Positions 40,517 through 51,499 of a stretch of DNA of 64,000 nt are shown here, piece after piece. The translations under genes and the position numbers were made by a program. Position 1 is the first letter of the stretch. Each line of letters begins with the position of its first letter. The stretch comes from Candidatus Latescibacterota bacterium. Its GTDB lineage: Bacteria > Latescibacterota > UBA2968 > UBA8231. Under the pieces are notes generated by a model. The model was not told where the DNA came from. It saw only the letters and a program-made list of their open reading frames with translations, and searched no databases. Location of the stretch: assembly GCA_965206595.1 (NCBI GenBank), contig OZ242214.1:512001-576000 (forward strand), in the 5' to 3' direction.

Positions 40517-42247
40517 ATGCGCTCTCCAGATTCCGCCGGCACCCGCGATCGGCGCATGCTCATCGTCAGCATCCATGACGTGGCACCCCCGTTTGCATCC
40601 GGTGTGCGGCAGCTGCTCGAGGAGCTGGACCGCCGCTCCATCCGGCCGCGGGTGCTGAAGGTCGTACCCGACTATGCGGGCAAGTGGCCGCTTTCCCAGG
40701 ATGCCGAACTGTGCCGGCTCCTGCGGTCGGAGGCGGCCGCAGGCAGCGAGATCGTCGCCCACGGCTGGACTCACCGGACTCAGGGCCGGATGCGGGGATC
40801 GCTGACCGCCCGTTGGATCGGCTCCTGGTTCGCTCCCGGGGCGGCCGAGTTCCTCACCCTTCCCGAAGCCGCGGCCCGCGAAGCTGCCTGCCGCGCCCGC
40901 CGCGCCCTCGCCGACGCGCTGGGGGTGGAGCCGCAGGGATTCTGCGCCCCGGCCTGGCTGATCGACAGCGAAGGACGGTCCGCGGTCGCTGCCGCTGGGT
41001 ACCGCTATCTGCTCGAGCAGACGGCGGTTCGCGACCTTCGCACCGGGGAGGCAATCGCCGCTCCCTGGCAGGGCTTCATGGGGGTTGGAGGTTTCCACGA
41101 ATGGCTGGTGCAGCGAGGGAACGGGGCCGTTGCGGCCGGCGCCTTTTTCACCCGCGGCGGCTTCTCCCGCTGCCCGGTGGTCAAGGTCTTCCTCCATCCC
41201 CAGCGCCTGCAGGATAACCCGGCCCTGGAGCGGGTGCTTGACCGCCTCGCCGAGCTTGCCGCCGAGCGGGAGCTGGTGACGGCGGGCAAGCTCTTCTCAA
41301 TAGCCTACGGCCAGGAGCACTCCCTCCCCCGGACGCGGCGGGACCCGCTGCCGCTTGTCTCGGTGGTCATCCCGGCGCTGAACGAGCAGGCCTGCATCGC
41401 GCGAGCCATCGAATCGGTAGGCCGGCAACAGTATCCTGCGGACCGGCTCGAATGCGTCGTGGTGGACAACGACTCCCGCGACGCCACGGCCGACGTCGTG
41501 TCCGGTCTTGCCCGCAGCTGGGAGGCCGCGCCCGGCCGAACGCCTCGCCTGAGCCTGGTCCACGAACCGCAGCGCGGCGCCGCAAGGGCCAAGAACCGGG
41601 GAGCTGAGCAGGCGCGGGGCGATGTCCTGGTTTTCCTGGATGCGGATTCCACGCTCGGACCCGCAGTTGCCCGGGACGTTGCCGACGCCTGGCGCAGCGG
41701 CGCCCGCGGGGGCAGCATTCCGGTGCAGGCCGAGTCCGACGATTTCTGGGAGCGGGGGTTCTTCACCGCGATGGAGCTCGGCAAACGGGTCTTCGGGATC
41801 CATTGCCAGATGTTCTACCTGGACCGCCGGCTGTTCCACCAGCTCGGCGGCTTTCGGCACGAACTGCGCCTCGCCGAGGACCTGGAGCTGATGCGCCGGG
41901 CGGGAGCATCGCTGGGCACCGGAAACGGCCGCTTGCAGCGCACAGGGCGGTCCGGCTTCCGGGGCCGGACCCTCGACGGATCCTGCATTCGCACCTCGCC
42001 GCGACGGATGCGCGCGATGCCGTGGCGTGTCGGAATGATCTGGATGCTCGTGCGCTGGACCCTGGGCTTTATCGGAATCGGGCGCCGGCGGTACGTAGCC
42101 GGGGGGCCGGCGCCGGGTGTCCGGCCGATGGCTGTCCGGTGGGCCCGCAGGTTGGCCGAGGGGGGCCTGGGACTGGTGCTCTTCAGTGCCGGATCGCACC
42201 AACCGGGTAGGCCCGCCGGCCTGCTCCGGCTGTATTTCCAGCCATGA
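40517..42247 (+). CDS. DUF2334-like polysaccharide deacetylase fused to a GT2 glycosyltransferase
   Basis: SIHDVAP, HGWTH, GFCAPAW, then VSVVIPALNE, VVDNDSRD, VFLDADS, AEDLE. Confidence 0.8.
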   Translation: MRSPDSAGTRDRRMLIVSIHDVAPPFASGVRQLLEELDRRSIRPRVLKVVPDYAGKWPLSQDAELCRLLRSEAAAGSEIVAHGWTHRTQGRMRGSLTARWIGSWFAPGAAEFLTLPEAAAREAACRARRALADALGVEPQGFCAPAWLIDSEGRSAVAAAGYRYLLEQTAVRDLRTGEAIAAPWQGFMGVGGFHEWLVQRGNGAVAAGAFFTRGGFSRCPVVKVFLHPQRLQDNPALERVLDRLAELAAERELVTAGKLFSIAYGQEHSLPRTRRDPLPLVSVVIPALNEQACIARAIESVGRQQYPADRLECVVVDNDSRDATADVVSGLARSWEAAPGRTPRLSLVHEPQRGAARAKNRGAEQARGDVLVFLDADSTLGPAVARDVADAWRSGARGGSIPVQAESDDFWERGFFTAMELGKRVFGIHCQMFYLDRRLFHQLGGFRHELRLAEDLELMRRAGASLGTGNGRLQRTGRSGFRGRTLDGSCIRTSPRRMRAMPWRVGMIWMLVRWTLGFIGIGRRRYVAGGPAPGVRPMAVRWARRLAEGGLGLVLFSAGSHQPGRPAGLLRLYFQP

Positions 42248-44463
42248 GAGTCTATAGTCCCTTGATGCTATCGACGCTTCTTGCCGGCCTCGCCGCGGTC
42301 ACCCTCCAACCGGCGGCGCAGGTGGCAGCCGAGAGGAAGGTCGCCTTCGCCGCACCGCTGTCGGGCATCACCATCGACGGCCGACTCGACGACTGGCCGG
42401 GTGGCCTGCCGGTGTACAAACTCAGGGAGATGGCCGCTGTGTATGGTCCCACTGATGTGGACGGGACGGACCTGGACACCAGTACCGACTTGAGTCCGGA
42501 GTTCATGGTCGGATACAGTCCGGAAGAGCAGCTCATCTACGTGGCCATTCGCGTCAGGGACGATCGCATCAGGGTCGGCGGATGGAGTACTAACACCGAT
42601 GCGTGTGAGGTCTTCCTGGGCCGAGGGACGCTGCCATTTCAGTACATGTTGTGCCCCGAAGGCGGAAGCTATCGCGGCGGCTCGAATCCCAGCCTGACTC
42701 ACGACGATCTGGGCGGCGACCTGCCCATAAACAAAACCCGGTCCCGCGGTGCCTTCGGACGGGTCGGCGACGTCACCGTGTACGAGTGGGCATTGGAGCT
42801 GTTGGGCGCATCGCTGGAGGACTCCCTTCCCCTGGACCGGGGCATGGCCATCGACTTCGACGTCGTCGCCGTCGACAAGGACACGGAAGACGGCAATCCA
42901 GCTTACGTGTCCTGGAACCTGCTTCCGCCCAAGGGCGCCTCAAAACGCGGAGATCCTGCCCTGCAGGGCAAGTTGGTGCTGGTGAAGAGCGTTGCCGACT
43001 TGCCCGATGCGACCGTTTTGACCGAGCCCACTACCGGAACGATCAAAGGTCGAATCACTCGTCGGGAAGACGGGACGCCATTCGGTCATGCTACAGTCGA
43101 ACTGCGGCAGGATGCGCGAGTGCACCGATTCGATACCGGCGCCGACGGTTCGTTTCAGCTGTCAGAGCTTCCCGGACGTTACACGATCACCGCTTCGGGA
43201 CGGGGGGGGCTGCCAGAAACAGGCGAGGTCCAAGTCGAGATAGGCGAGGAAGTCGCCGTGCACCTGTCCCTCGCAGATCGGGGCACGCTGTTTCACATGG
43301 ACCCCGATACTCCGAAGGACAAAGACGCGGACGGTGGCAACGGCAGCGCGTCTCGTCCGTTTCGAACTATTCAGGAAGGCCTTGATGCAGCCAGTTACGG
43401 CGACACCATCCGTCTCGCGCCAGGGACCTGTGATCAACCTGCCGAACTGATCAGTGGAGTCACCCTGATGGGAGCGGGGCAGGGCCGGACGAGGGTTATC
43501 GGGGAAGCGCACTTTGGCCTGGCGCTCCGCCCCTTTATTCACTACTACTAGCCTCCCGGGGCAGGGGCTGAACTTTCGACTGTAGCTTTGCGTGATGTCG
43601 TGATGGAAGCCTTCACCTTCGACGGTGGAGAGGAGTACCCACCGCGTTCAGCCGAGGAGGTCTCTGACCTGCTGGCCCTCGTCATGGCCGCAAACCGGCA
43701 GGATGTTTCTTCCGTAGAGGACCTGCTGACGCGCAATCCCGGACTGGCCACCGCGAGAATCCTGTCTCCGGATGCGCATTCAGAAGGAAGCACACTCCTG
43801 CATGGGATCGTCAGTGCGTATTCCGCCGCTTCGGATGAAAAGCTCGAGATCGCCAAGCTGCTGATCGAACACGGAGCGGATGTCGATGCGGAGGGTGGCC
43901 AGGCTCGGGGCTCGGGCGAGTCCGCATTGGGGTATGCCGGTTTTTTTGGCGACGTGCGCCTGGTCGAGTTGTACCTCGCTCACGGTGCGGACCCCAATCG
44001 AATAAACTCCACCGGGAACACGCCTGTTGACGCCACTGCGCACGAGGGATCCCACGCCCGGGGTTACCCTACGTTCATCCCCAGTTTCGAAGCCCTGGTA
44101 AAGGCGGGCGGGCGCTACGACCTCGGTCACCTGATCATGCTCAACCACACCGAGCGGCTCGTTGCCGAGCTCGACAAGGACCCGGCCAAGGTCAATGAAC
44201 AGATCAAACTCAGACACGAACGCGACCAATACGGCAGTCCTCTGCATGAGGCGGCCGACGATTGCAGTGCTGACATTTCCGCAATGCTGCTGGATCGAGG
44301 CGCTGCTCTGAACGCCCTCGACAACAAAGGACAGACCGCCCTCCAGCGAGCGCTCAATCGCGATGACGATGAGTGTAGGGGCGTTGTCGAGATCCTGCGA
44401 GACCGGGGCGCCGACACCGCTTCCGGCACAGCACCTCACCACTCAGGCCCCGCCACGAATTAA
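42244..44463 (+). pseudogene. Secreted multidomain protein (CBM9-like, carboxypeptidase-regulatory-like, DUF1565-like, ankyrin repeats) interrupted by a single in-frame TAG at 43549-43551
   Basis: ORFs 42244-43551 and 43588-44463 are in the same frame with only the TAG between them. The beta-helix-like motif continues across it (VVMEAFTFDGG). Confidence 0.7.
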
Positions 44464-44847
44464 TTAACTCAATCACTGCACTATCTAGTCTTGCGACGCC
44501 CCCGATTCATGGCTCATTTTTTTCGGTACCGATTTCATCCATGAGATGCTGGTCAGCGATCTGGTGGATGCCCATCGCGGTCTGGAGGAGGCAGCTGAAC
44601 CGGATCTGGAGGCGGGCACTGAGATTCCGTCCCGTGCGCATACCCGAGGAGGGTGCTCCTCATACGCCGGGCTGCAACTTCATCGATGCCGGCAGCGTCA
44701 TCGGCGGCCGCGGGGCATTTGCGCGCGGTGGACCCGGGGCTCGTAGCGGCCCCGCCCTACCGGGTACCAGGGGCAAGGCTCCCCTCGGGACTGTCCCTCA
44801 CGGGTAATCCGGTTTACCATGATCTATTCAACCAGGAGTCTGAACTT

Positions 44848-46110
44848 TTGAAAGCAGCGCTGATTCTTACGGGGACCATATCTATGAGCGGATTGGCGGC
44901 GTGGGCGAAGCCTCCCCCTCCGGTGGAGAGTGTCGAGATCCGGGAAGGGCATCTGATCGTAAACGGGGAGCCGTTTTTCCCGGTGGGTATAGGCTGGGTC
45001 GCACACGGGCATTTTTCTCTGCCCGAGGCCGGGGAAAAGGGCTTCAATCTTGCCACTACCCACGGGGACCGGACCGAGCCGTGGACCTTCCGTGCCGACA
45101 TAGATGACGCGTATGCAAACGGCATGTACGCGATGGCTTCCGTTGGCAATGGTGTGTGGGAGAACCTGGAGGAGGTCGAGAGGATCGTCATGGCCTGTCG
45201 CGACGCCCCCGGACTGCTGGTGTGGGAGTTGGAGGATGAACCCAACCATGGCGGCAGCGGTGGCAACTACAGGGTTCCACCCGGGGCGCTCAAGCCGGCG
45301 TACGACCTGATCAAGCGCCTCGACCCGGCCCACCCGGTGATGCTCAACCTCGCGCTGGGGCGTCTCAAGGACCATCAGGACTACCGGGATGTGGCCGACA
45401 TCCACTCGGACGACGTCTACCCGGTTCCCCTCTATCCCCTTGCCCATGTTGCCCAATACTCCGACAGCGTAGTCAAAGGCGCGGCGGGGAAGCCGGGATG
45501 GATGTGGGTGCAGATGGGGCCTCTGCGAGGCGGCCCGGACGATCGTTCCCCGACCATGACAGAGGTCCGGTGCATGACCTACCTGGCCGTGGCGCACGGC
45601 ATCAGCGGCATCAATTACTTCAGCTTCCACTACAATGTGGGTGACATGGACTGGTGGGCGAACCAGTCGGAGCCGGCGTACTGGGCGCAGTGGGCGGACC
45701 TGACCGCGGAACTGCGCCTTCTGGCTCCTTGCCTCCTGGCCCCTGAGGTGCCCGGGCTCGGGTCGGAAATCATCGAAGGGTCCAGAGAACCCGCCAATTT
45801 CGGATACACGGCGCTGCACCTGTCACTGCGGCAAATCGAGGGCGGTTATTTCCTGATCGCCGTCAACGGCTTCGATTCGCCGATCAAAGCGCGATTCACT
45901 GTTCCGCTCCCTGCCGGCGGACTGGCGGCGGACGGCGCCGCGGTGCGTTCGGAGAATCGGCTCGTGGAAGTCAGGGATGGAGTTTTCGAAGACTCCTTCG
46001 CGCCGTATGCCGTGCATCTGTACGAGTTGCCCTTCGGCGTCGACGCAATAGGTTCGCCCGCTCAGGAACCGGTTGCCTGGCCGCGGTGGCAGCGGCGGCC
46101 CCGGCCTTGA
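44848..46110 (+). CDS. Secreted glycoside-hydrolase-like protein
   Basis: AGGAG RBS and TTG start, signal peptide, VNGEPFFPVG, WELEDEPN, DVYPV, YLAVAHG. Confidence 0.75.
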   Translation: MKAALILTGTISMSGLAAWAKPPPPVESVEIREGHLIVNGEPFFPVGIGWVAHGHFSLPEAGEKGFNLATTHGDRTEPWTFRADIDDAYANGMYAMASVGNGVWENLEEVERIVMACRDAPGLLVWELEDEPNHGGSGGNYRVPPGALKPAYDLIKRLDPAHPVMLNLALGRLKDHQDYRDVADIHSDDVYPVPLYPLAHVAQYSDSVVKGAAGKPGWMWVQMGPLRGGPDDRSPTMTEVRCMTYLAVAHGISGINYFSFHYNVGDMDWWANQSEPAYWAQWADLTAELRLLAPCLLAPEVPGLGSEIIEGSREPANFGYTALHLSLRQIEGGYFLIAVNGFDSPIKARFTVPLPAGGLAADGAAVRSENRLVEVRDGVFEDSFAPYAVHLYELPFGVDAIGSPAQEPVAWPRWQRRPRP

Positions 46111-46200
46111 CGGTGGCCGCGGCGAGTCCGCAGGGCGGAAGAACCATACCTGTCCACCGCCGCCGCTAGGCGAGGTGACCAAGCCGAAAGGAAACAGCAA

Positions 46201-47094
46201 ATGACCGCAGAACTCGAAGTGATCGCCGACGACGGCAACCTGGTAGGGGAAGGCCCGATCTGGGACGGGGAGCGCAACCGCCTGCTGTGGACGGACATCA
46301 GCAGCTCCCTCGTCTACCAGATGGACGCCGCCGGCACCAAGAGCATCATCAACCGCGACCTGGTCGTGAACGGCATCGGCCTCAATGGCGACGGCCGCCT
46401 CGTCTTTTCCGGGGCGGGCGGGCTGTTCCTTTGGAGCGGGGAAGGGGAGCACCGCAACATCGCCTCGGAGCACGAAGGGGAGGCGCTCTCCTTCAACGAC
46501 ATGATCGTCGGGCCGCAGGGGCGGGTGTACGCCGGCACCATGTACTGGGGGGAGAACGGCAAGGAAAGGGACGGCAAGCTTTATAAGTTCGGCCCGAGCG
46601 GCGTCGTCGAGGTCGTCGCCGAGGGCATCGAGCTGTCCAACGGCCTGGGTTTCAGCCCGGACGACGGGACCCTCTACCACTCCGACTCGGCGGCCCGCAG
46701 GATCTACGCATTCGACGTCGACGCGGCGACCGGCAGGCTGGAGAACCGGCGGGTGTTCGTGCAGGTGCCCGGCGACGAGGGGATCCCCGACGGCATGACC
46801 GTCGACGCCGAGGGCTTCGTCTGGAGCGCCCAGTGGTACGGCGAGCAGGTGGTCCGCTACGATCCCGACGGCAGCGTCGAGCGCCGCCTGCCGATGCCGG
46901 TGAAACAGGTCTCCGCGGTCGCCTTCGGAGGACCCGACCTCGACGAGCTGTACATCACCAGCGCCGGCGCCTCCTGGCCGAGCGACGTCGCTCCCCCGGG
47001 GTACGACTTCGCAGCGCCGAACATGGGCGGCACCCTCTTCCGGCTGCGGGCGGAGGTCAGGGGCAAGCCGGAATTCCGCGCCGCCTTCGAGTAG
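46201..47094 (+). CDS. SMP-30/gluconolactonase family protein
   Basis: GEGPIWD, FNDM, SNGLGFSPD, PDGMTVDAEG. Confidence 0.92.
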   Translation: MTAELEVIADDGNLVGEGPIWDGERNRLLWTDISSSLVYQMDAAGTKSIINRDLVVNGIGLNGDGRLVFSGAGGLFLWSGEGEHRNIASEHEGEALSFNDMIVGPQGRVYAGTMYWGENGKERDGKLYKFGPSGVVEVVAEGIELSNGLGFSPDDGTLYHSDSAARRIYAFDVDAATGRLENRRVFVQVPGDEGIPDGMTVDAEGFVWSAQWYGEQVVRYDPDGSVERRLPMPVKQVSAVAFGGPDLDELYITSAGASWPSDVAPPGYDFAAPNMGGTLFRLRAEVRGKPEFRAAFE

Positions 47095-47106
47095 GCGAGG
47101 CAGACG

Positions 47107-47439
47107 ATGCAGCGGGTAGCGTTCGTCATGCAGGTGAAACCGGGTCGCGAGGAGGAGTACGCCCGCCGCCACCGCGAGGTCTGGCCGCAGGTGGAGGCCG
47201 ACCTGAAGCGGGCAGGCGTGCACAGGATGAGCATCTTCATGCGCGGGCGGCAGCTGTTCCTGTACATGGAAGTCGAGGACTACGCCGCGGCCTGCGAGGT
47301 CCTCGAGAACAGTCCGGAGTCGGTGCGCTGGGAGGAGTACATGGCCCCGATCATGGATAATGCCGAGGGGACCGACTACGACCCGGCGAACCCCTACCCC
47401 GAGGGGCTGCCGGAGGTCTATTTCTGGGAAGCCGGCTGA
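47107..47439 (+). CDS. L-rhamnose mutarotase family protein
   Basis: EEYARRHREVWP...MSIF...RWEEYM. Confidence 0.88.
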   Translation: MQRVAFVMQVKPGREEEYARRHREVWPQVEADLKRAGVHRMSIFMRGRQLFLYMEVEDYAAACEVLENSPESVRWEEYMAPIMDNAEGTDYDPANPYPEGLPEVYFWEAG

Positions 47440-47461
47440 CGGCCGGTGAGCGGGAGAGCGC

Positions 47462-48805
47462 TCAGCCCGCGGCGAGCGCCTCTTCCTGCTGCCGGCGCAG
47501 CTCGAGGGCGGGGGATTCGGCCAGCTCGACGTCGTCGCGGTTGATCATGCCGTCCTCGGGGACGTCCCGCCTGAGCACGGCCCCGCGCGAAAGCCCGACC
47601 GGCAGCAGGTTCTCCGCTCCCGCCACCGCCGCCTTTTCGAGCAGTCCGTAGAGACAGAACCCCCCCTCTCCGTCGAGGGTGGTCCCCGCCTTCAGCGGCT
47701 TCTTCGCCGCCGACACGACCTCGGCGTGCCACCCGATCGGGGCGCCGCAGGTCTGGTTGTCGAGCATGATGGTCGCCACCGAAATCGGCATCTCGTGGCC
47801 GATCCAGTGCTGCGGCCGGTAGATCATCGCGTAGTTGCTGCGCCTGCCCATGATCATGCCGATGATCTCCCCGTACGACCCCAGCGATTCGGCGGTGAAG
47901 CCGGTCGGCCCTTCGACGACGCAGTAGAGGCCGCCGCGCAGGCTGCGCTCGACCGCCGCCTCGTTCTCGTCTATGGAGCTGACCGCCTCGACCACTCCTT
48001 CCTGTGAAAGCACGCCGCCCTTGTCGCGGTGGCAGACGACGTCGGGGATGTCGCGCAGGTCGGAGCAGGGGAAGTGCATGCCGCGCACGTCCGGCACGAG
48101 GCCGGACATGTTGGCGAGACAGGCCATCTCGATGGCGTGCTTGGTGCCGTCGAGGAAGCTGCCGAACATCTGCGCGTTGTAGTCGTCCCCGGTGAAGCCG
48201 TACAGCCGCGGCACGTCGTCGGGGTTGGCCTTGCGGAACGCAGTCCTGAAGCGCGTCCCCTTGCCCGCGGCCACCACCCGGAAGCCGAGGGCGCGGGCCC
48301 AGTCCCAGAGCCCGAGGGCGACCGCGGGCTCGTCGCCGTACGCGGCGCTGTAGAGGACCCCGGCCTCGTCGGCGAGCCGTTTCAGCTGCCAGCCGACGAC
48401 GACGTCGGCCTCGACGGTCACCATCACCACGTGTTTGCCGGCGTCGATGGCGTCGCGCGCGTGGCCGGCCCCGGCCTCGACGTTGCCGGTGGCCTCGATG
48501 ACGACGTCGACCCCGCTTTCGAACAGGACCCGGGCATCCCGGGTGACTGCGAAGCGCCCGGAAGCGATGGCAGCGTCGATGGCGTCCGCTGTATCCGCCT
48601 CGATCACCTCCATATCCCCGGCGCCCCCGATGCGGAAGGCGCGCACCGCCTTGCCGGGGTCGAGCTCGGCGATGACCGCCAGGCGCATGCCCGGGGCCGC
48701 GGCCATCTGCGAGGCGATCTGGGTGCCGAAGGTACCGGCGGCGATCAGGCCGACCTCGATCGGCTCGCCGCTTTCGTCACGTTCACGCAGTCGCTGGTAG
48801 AGCAT
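47462..48805 (-). CDS. Homoserine-dehydrogenase-like NAD(P) oxidoreductase with a C-terminal SAF domain
   Basis: VGLIAAGTFG, VEADVVVG, GDEP, DGTK, LDGEGG. Confidence 0.85.
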   Translation of the reverse strand: MLYQRLRERDESGEPIEVGLIAAGTFGTQIASQMAAAPGMRLAVIAELDPGKAVRAFRIGGAGDMEVIEADTADAIDAAIASGRFAVTRDARVLFESGVDVVIEATGNVEAGAGHARDAIDAGKHVVMVTVEADVVVGWQLKRLADEAGVLYSAAYGDEPAVALGLWDWARALGFRVVAAGKGTRFRTAFRKANPDDVPRLYGFTGDDYNAQMFGSFLDGTKHAIEMACLANMSGLVPDVRGMHFPCSDLRDIPDVVCHRDKGGVLSQEGVVEAVSSIDENEAAVERSLRGGLYCVVEGPTGFTAESLGSYGEIIGMIMGRRSNYAMIYRPQHWIGHEMPISVATIMLDNQTCGAPIGWHAEVVSAAKKPLKAGTTLDGEGGFCLYGLLEKAAVAGAENLLPVGLSRGAVLRRDVPEDGMINRDDVELAESPALELRRQQEEALAAG

Positions 48806-48811
48806 GGGCGG

Positions 48812-49585
48812 TTACTCCTCGAGGCGCTGCCAGCGCAGCACCTGCCTGGCGTGGTCGGAAAGGGAGTCCCAGAGCTCGCGGGAGAAGTGGGCTTGGGTGT
48901 TCTCGTGCTGCCAGCGGCTGAAGACCCAGGAGCTGCTCATCGCCATGCAGAGCTCGTCGCGCGGCCTGTCGGAGCGGTTGGGGGTGCCGCGGTGGATGAC
49001 GCGGTTGTCGTGAACCCACAGGGAGCCCTTGCGCAGGTTGAGCCGGCGCGAGGTGTAGCGCTCGCTGAAGGCGGCGCCGTGTCCGAAGAGGTCGTCGAGG
49101 TTTTCCGCGGGCAGCTCGCCGACGTACTGGGTGCACGGCATCACCTCGAAGCTGCCGTTCTCCTCGGAGGTGTCGCACAGAGGGAACTTGACGCCGACCT
49201 GGTAACAGGGGGTGGCGATGCCGGGGAACAGGCTGTTGATGCCGTCGCGGTGCCAGCGCTGGTAATCGCTCCCCGGCAGCGGGATGTTCGAGTCGAACAC
49301 GAACCAGACGTAGTCCTCTCCGAGGATTTCCTCGAGAAAGGCCACGAGGTCGGGGTGCTCGAAGATCTCCGGGTCGAGGAAGGGGGGCTCGTACGGCACC
49401 GGAACGTTGTAGCGGCCCCAGCCCCGGGTCGGGGGGTTCTCCCCCTGGCTGGCGATGCCGGCGTCGCGGACCGGCTCCCAGGCCTCGAGGATGCGGTCGA
49501 TCCTTTTGTGCGGGATCAGGTCCTCGAACACGGCGAGCCCGTTGATGCGGAACTGCTGGACCTTGGCGGCGGCGTCCCGGCTCAT
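48812..49585 (-). CDS. PhyH family dioxygenase
   Basis: QRWHRD, ENGSFEV, HRGTPN; tandem paralog of the next gene. Confidence 0.85.
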   Translation of the reverse strand: MSRDAAAKVQQFRINGLAVFEDLIPHKRIDRILEAWEPVRDAGIASQGENPPTRGWGRYNVPVPYEPPFLDPEIFEHPDLVAFLEEILGEDYVWFVFDSNIPLPGSDYQRWHRDGINSLFPGIATPCYQVGVKFPLCDTSEENGSFEVMPCTQYVGELPAENLDDLFGHGAAFSERYTSRRLNLRKGSLWVHDNRVIHRGTPNRSDRPRDELCMAMSSSWVFSRWQHENTQAHFSRELWDSLSDHARQVLRWQRLEE

Positions 49586-50376
49586 CGGGCCTCCTCGACA
49601 CGCATCAGCCGCAGCACCTGCCTGCCGTGCTCGGGCAGCGACTCCCACAGGGCGCGGGGGAAATGGCCGGCGGTCTCCTCGTGCAGCCACCGGTTGAATA
49701 GAAAGGGGCGCGACATCGCCATGCAAAGCTCGTCGCGCGGGAGGCCGGAGCGGTTGGGAGTGCCGCGGTGGTAGTTGCGGCCGTCCTGCATCCACAGGGA
49801 GCCCTTGCGCAGGTTGAGACGGACCGGCTTGAAGGCGGGGTTCGGGTCCGCTCCCCTGCCGAGCACCTCGTCGAGGTCCTCCCGCGGCAGCACCTCCTCG
49901 GTGACGTACTGGGTGCAGGGCATCACCTCGAAGCTGCCGTTCTCCTCGCTGGTGTCGCACAAGGGAAACTTGACCCCGATGGTCGGGACCGGCGTCATGA
50001 TGCCGGGGAAGAGGTTGGCGCGGCCGTCGCGGTGCCAGTTCTGGTAGTCGGTTCCCGGCAGCGGGATGTTGGAATCGAAGTGGGTCCAGACGTAGTCGTC
50101 GCCGAGCGCCTGCCGGAGGAAGGCGACGACCGCGGGATGCTCGAAGATCTCCGGGTCGACGAAGGGCTCGCGGAAGGGGACCCGGACGTTGTAGCGGCCC
50201 CGGCCCCGGGGCGGGTTCTCCCCCTGCCTTTCGATGTCGGCGTCGCGGACCGGCACCCAGGCCTCGAGGATGCGGTCGATCTTTTCGTGCGGTATCAGGT
50301 CCTCGAAAACGGCGAACCCGTTGATGCGGAACTCGAGGACCTTGGCGTCGATGTCGTATTCTGCGGCGGGGGTCAC
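49582..50376 (-). CDS. PhyH family dioxygenase
   Basis: QNWHRD, ENGSFEV, HRGTPN; its stop overlaps the downstream start (ATGA). Confidence 0.85.
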   Translation of the reverse strand: MTPAAEYDIDAKVLEFRINGFAVFEDLIPHEKIDRILEAWVPVRDADIERQGENPPRGRGRYNVRVPFREPFVDPEIFEHPAVVAFLRQALGDDYVWTHFDSNIPLPGTDYQNWHRDGRANLFPGIMTPVPTIGVKFPLCDTSEENGSFEVMPCTQYVTEEVLPREDLDEVLGRGADPNPAFKPVRLNLRKGSLWMQDGRNYHRGTPNRSGLPRDELCMAMSRPFLFNRWLHEETAGHFPRALWESLPEHGRQVLRLMRVEEAR

Positions 50377-50541
50377 GGTTGTCTCAAGGTCGTTGGCAGG
50401 CGAGCTACCCTGCAAGCGGGCTCCCGGTCCGGGCGGCGGAATATAGATTCCTCTCAGAAAGGTTGACAACCGGTTCCGGGCCGGGCGGTATTTGCGCCAG
50501 CACCTATTTTGCCCCCGCATGCATCAAAGACAGGAGGTCCG

Positions 50542-51492
50542 ATGAAGGCAGTCATCGCATTCGACTTGGGGGAGGAGTACGTCGCCGATCTGCGCGCCTC
50601 TTTCCCCGAGGTCGAGTTCACCCTCGCCTACAGCGAGGAGGAGCAGCTCGCCCAGGCCCCCGACGCCGAGATCTTCTTCGGCACCATCAGCCGCGCCGCG
50701 TTTCTCGCCGCCACCCGGCTGAAGTGGTACCAGTACATCGGCATCGGGTTCGACAACGAGCTGCGCCGCGTCCCGGAGCTGCTCGACAGTCCCGTGGTCA
50801 TGACGCTGAACCGCGAGACCCACGTGGTCCCGATAGCCGATCACGTCTTCGCCATGATCCTGTCGTTCGCCCATTGCATCCCCGGGTTGATCGAGGACCA
50901 GAATGCCCGCCGCTGGGACCCGCACAAGTGGACGGTCGCCGAGCTGGCCGGCTCGACCATGGGGGTGCTGGCCATGGGGGACATCGGCAGGGCGGTGGCG
51001 CGCCGGGCGCAGGGGTTCGACATGGAGGTCTACGCCGTCGACATCGCCCAGATGGAGCCGCCGCCGGGAGTGCGCGAGGTGTGGGGCCCCGAACGCCTCG
51101 ACGACCTGCTGAAGATCTCGGACTGGTTCGTGGTCACGGCGCCGCGCACCCCGCAGACCGAGGGGCTGATCGACGCCCGCCGGTTCGGGATCATGAAGCC
51201 CAGCGCCCACCTGATCGTCGTCTCGCGCGGCGGCATCGTCGACGAGGAGGCCCTCGCCGCTGCCCTCGCCTCGGGAGAGATCGCCGGCGCCGGCTGCGAC
51301 GCCCTGTGGCCGGAACCGCCGGAGCCGGACAGCCCCCTGTGGGACCTTCCCAACATGCTGATCTCGCCGCACTCGTCCGCCCATTCCCCGCAGCTTTGGG
51401 AGCGGCGCAGGCAGATCTTCAAGGAGAACCTCGGCCGCTACCTCGCGGGAGAGCCCCTGAGGTTCGTTTGCGACAGAAAGAGAGGATACTGA
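50542..51492 (+). CDS. D-2-hydroxyacid dehydrogenase
   Basis: MGDIG, VSRGGIVDE, PEP, ISPH; AGGAGG RBS. Confidence 0.9.
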   Translation: MKAVIAFDLGEEYVADLRASFPEVEFTLAYSEEEQLAQAPDAEIFFGTISRAAFLAATRLKWYQYIGIGFDNELRRVPELLDSPVVMTLNRETHVVPIADHVFAMILSFAHCIPGLIEDQNARRWDPHKWTVAELAGSTMGVLAMGDIGRAVARRAQGFDMEVYAVDIAQMEPPPGVREVWGPERLDDLLKISDWFVVTAPRTPQTEGLIDARRFGIMKPSAHLIVVSRGGIVDEEALAAALASGEIAGAGCDALWPEPPEPDSPLWDLPNMLISPHSSAHSPQLWERRRQIFKENLGRYLAGEPLRFVCDRKRGY

Positions 51493-51499
51493 AACCGCC

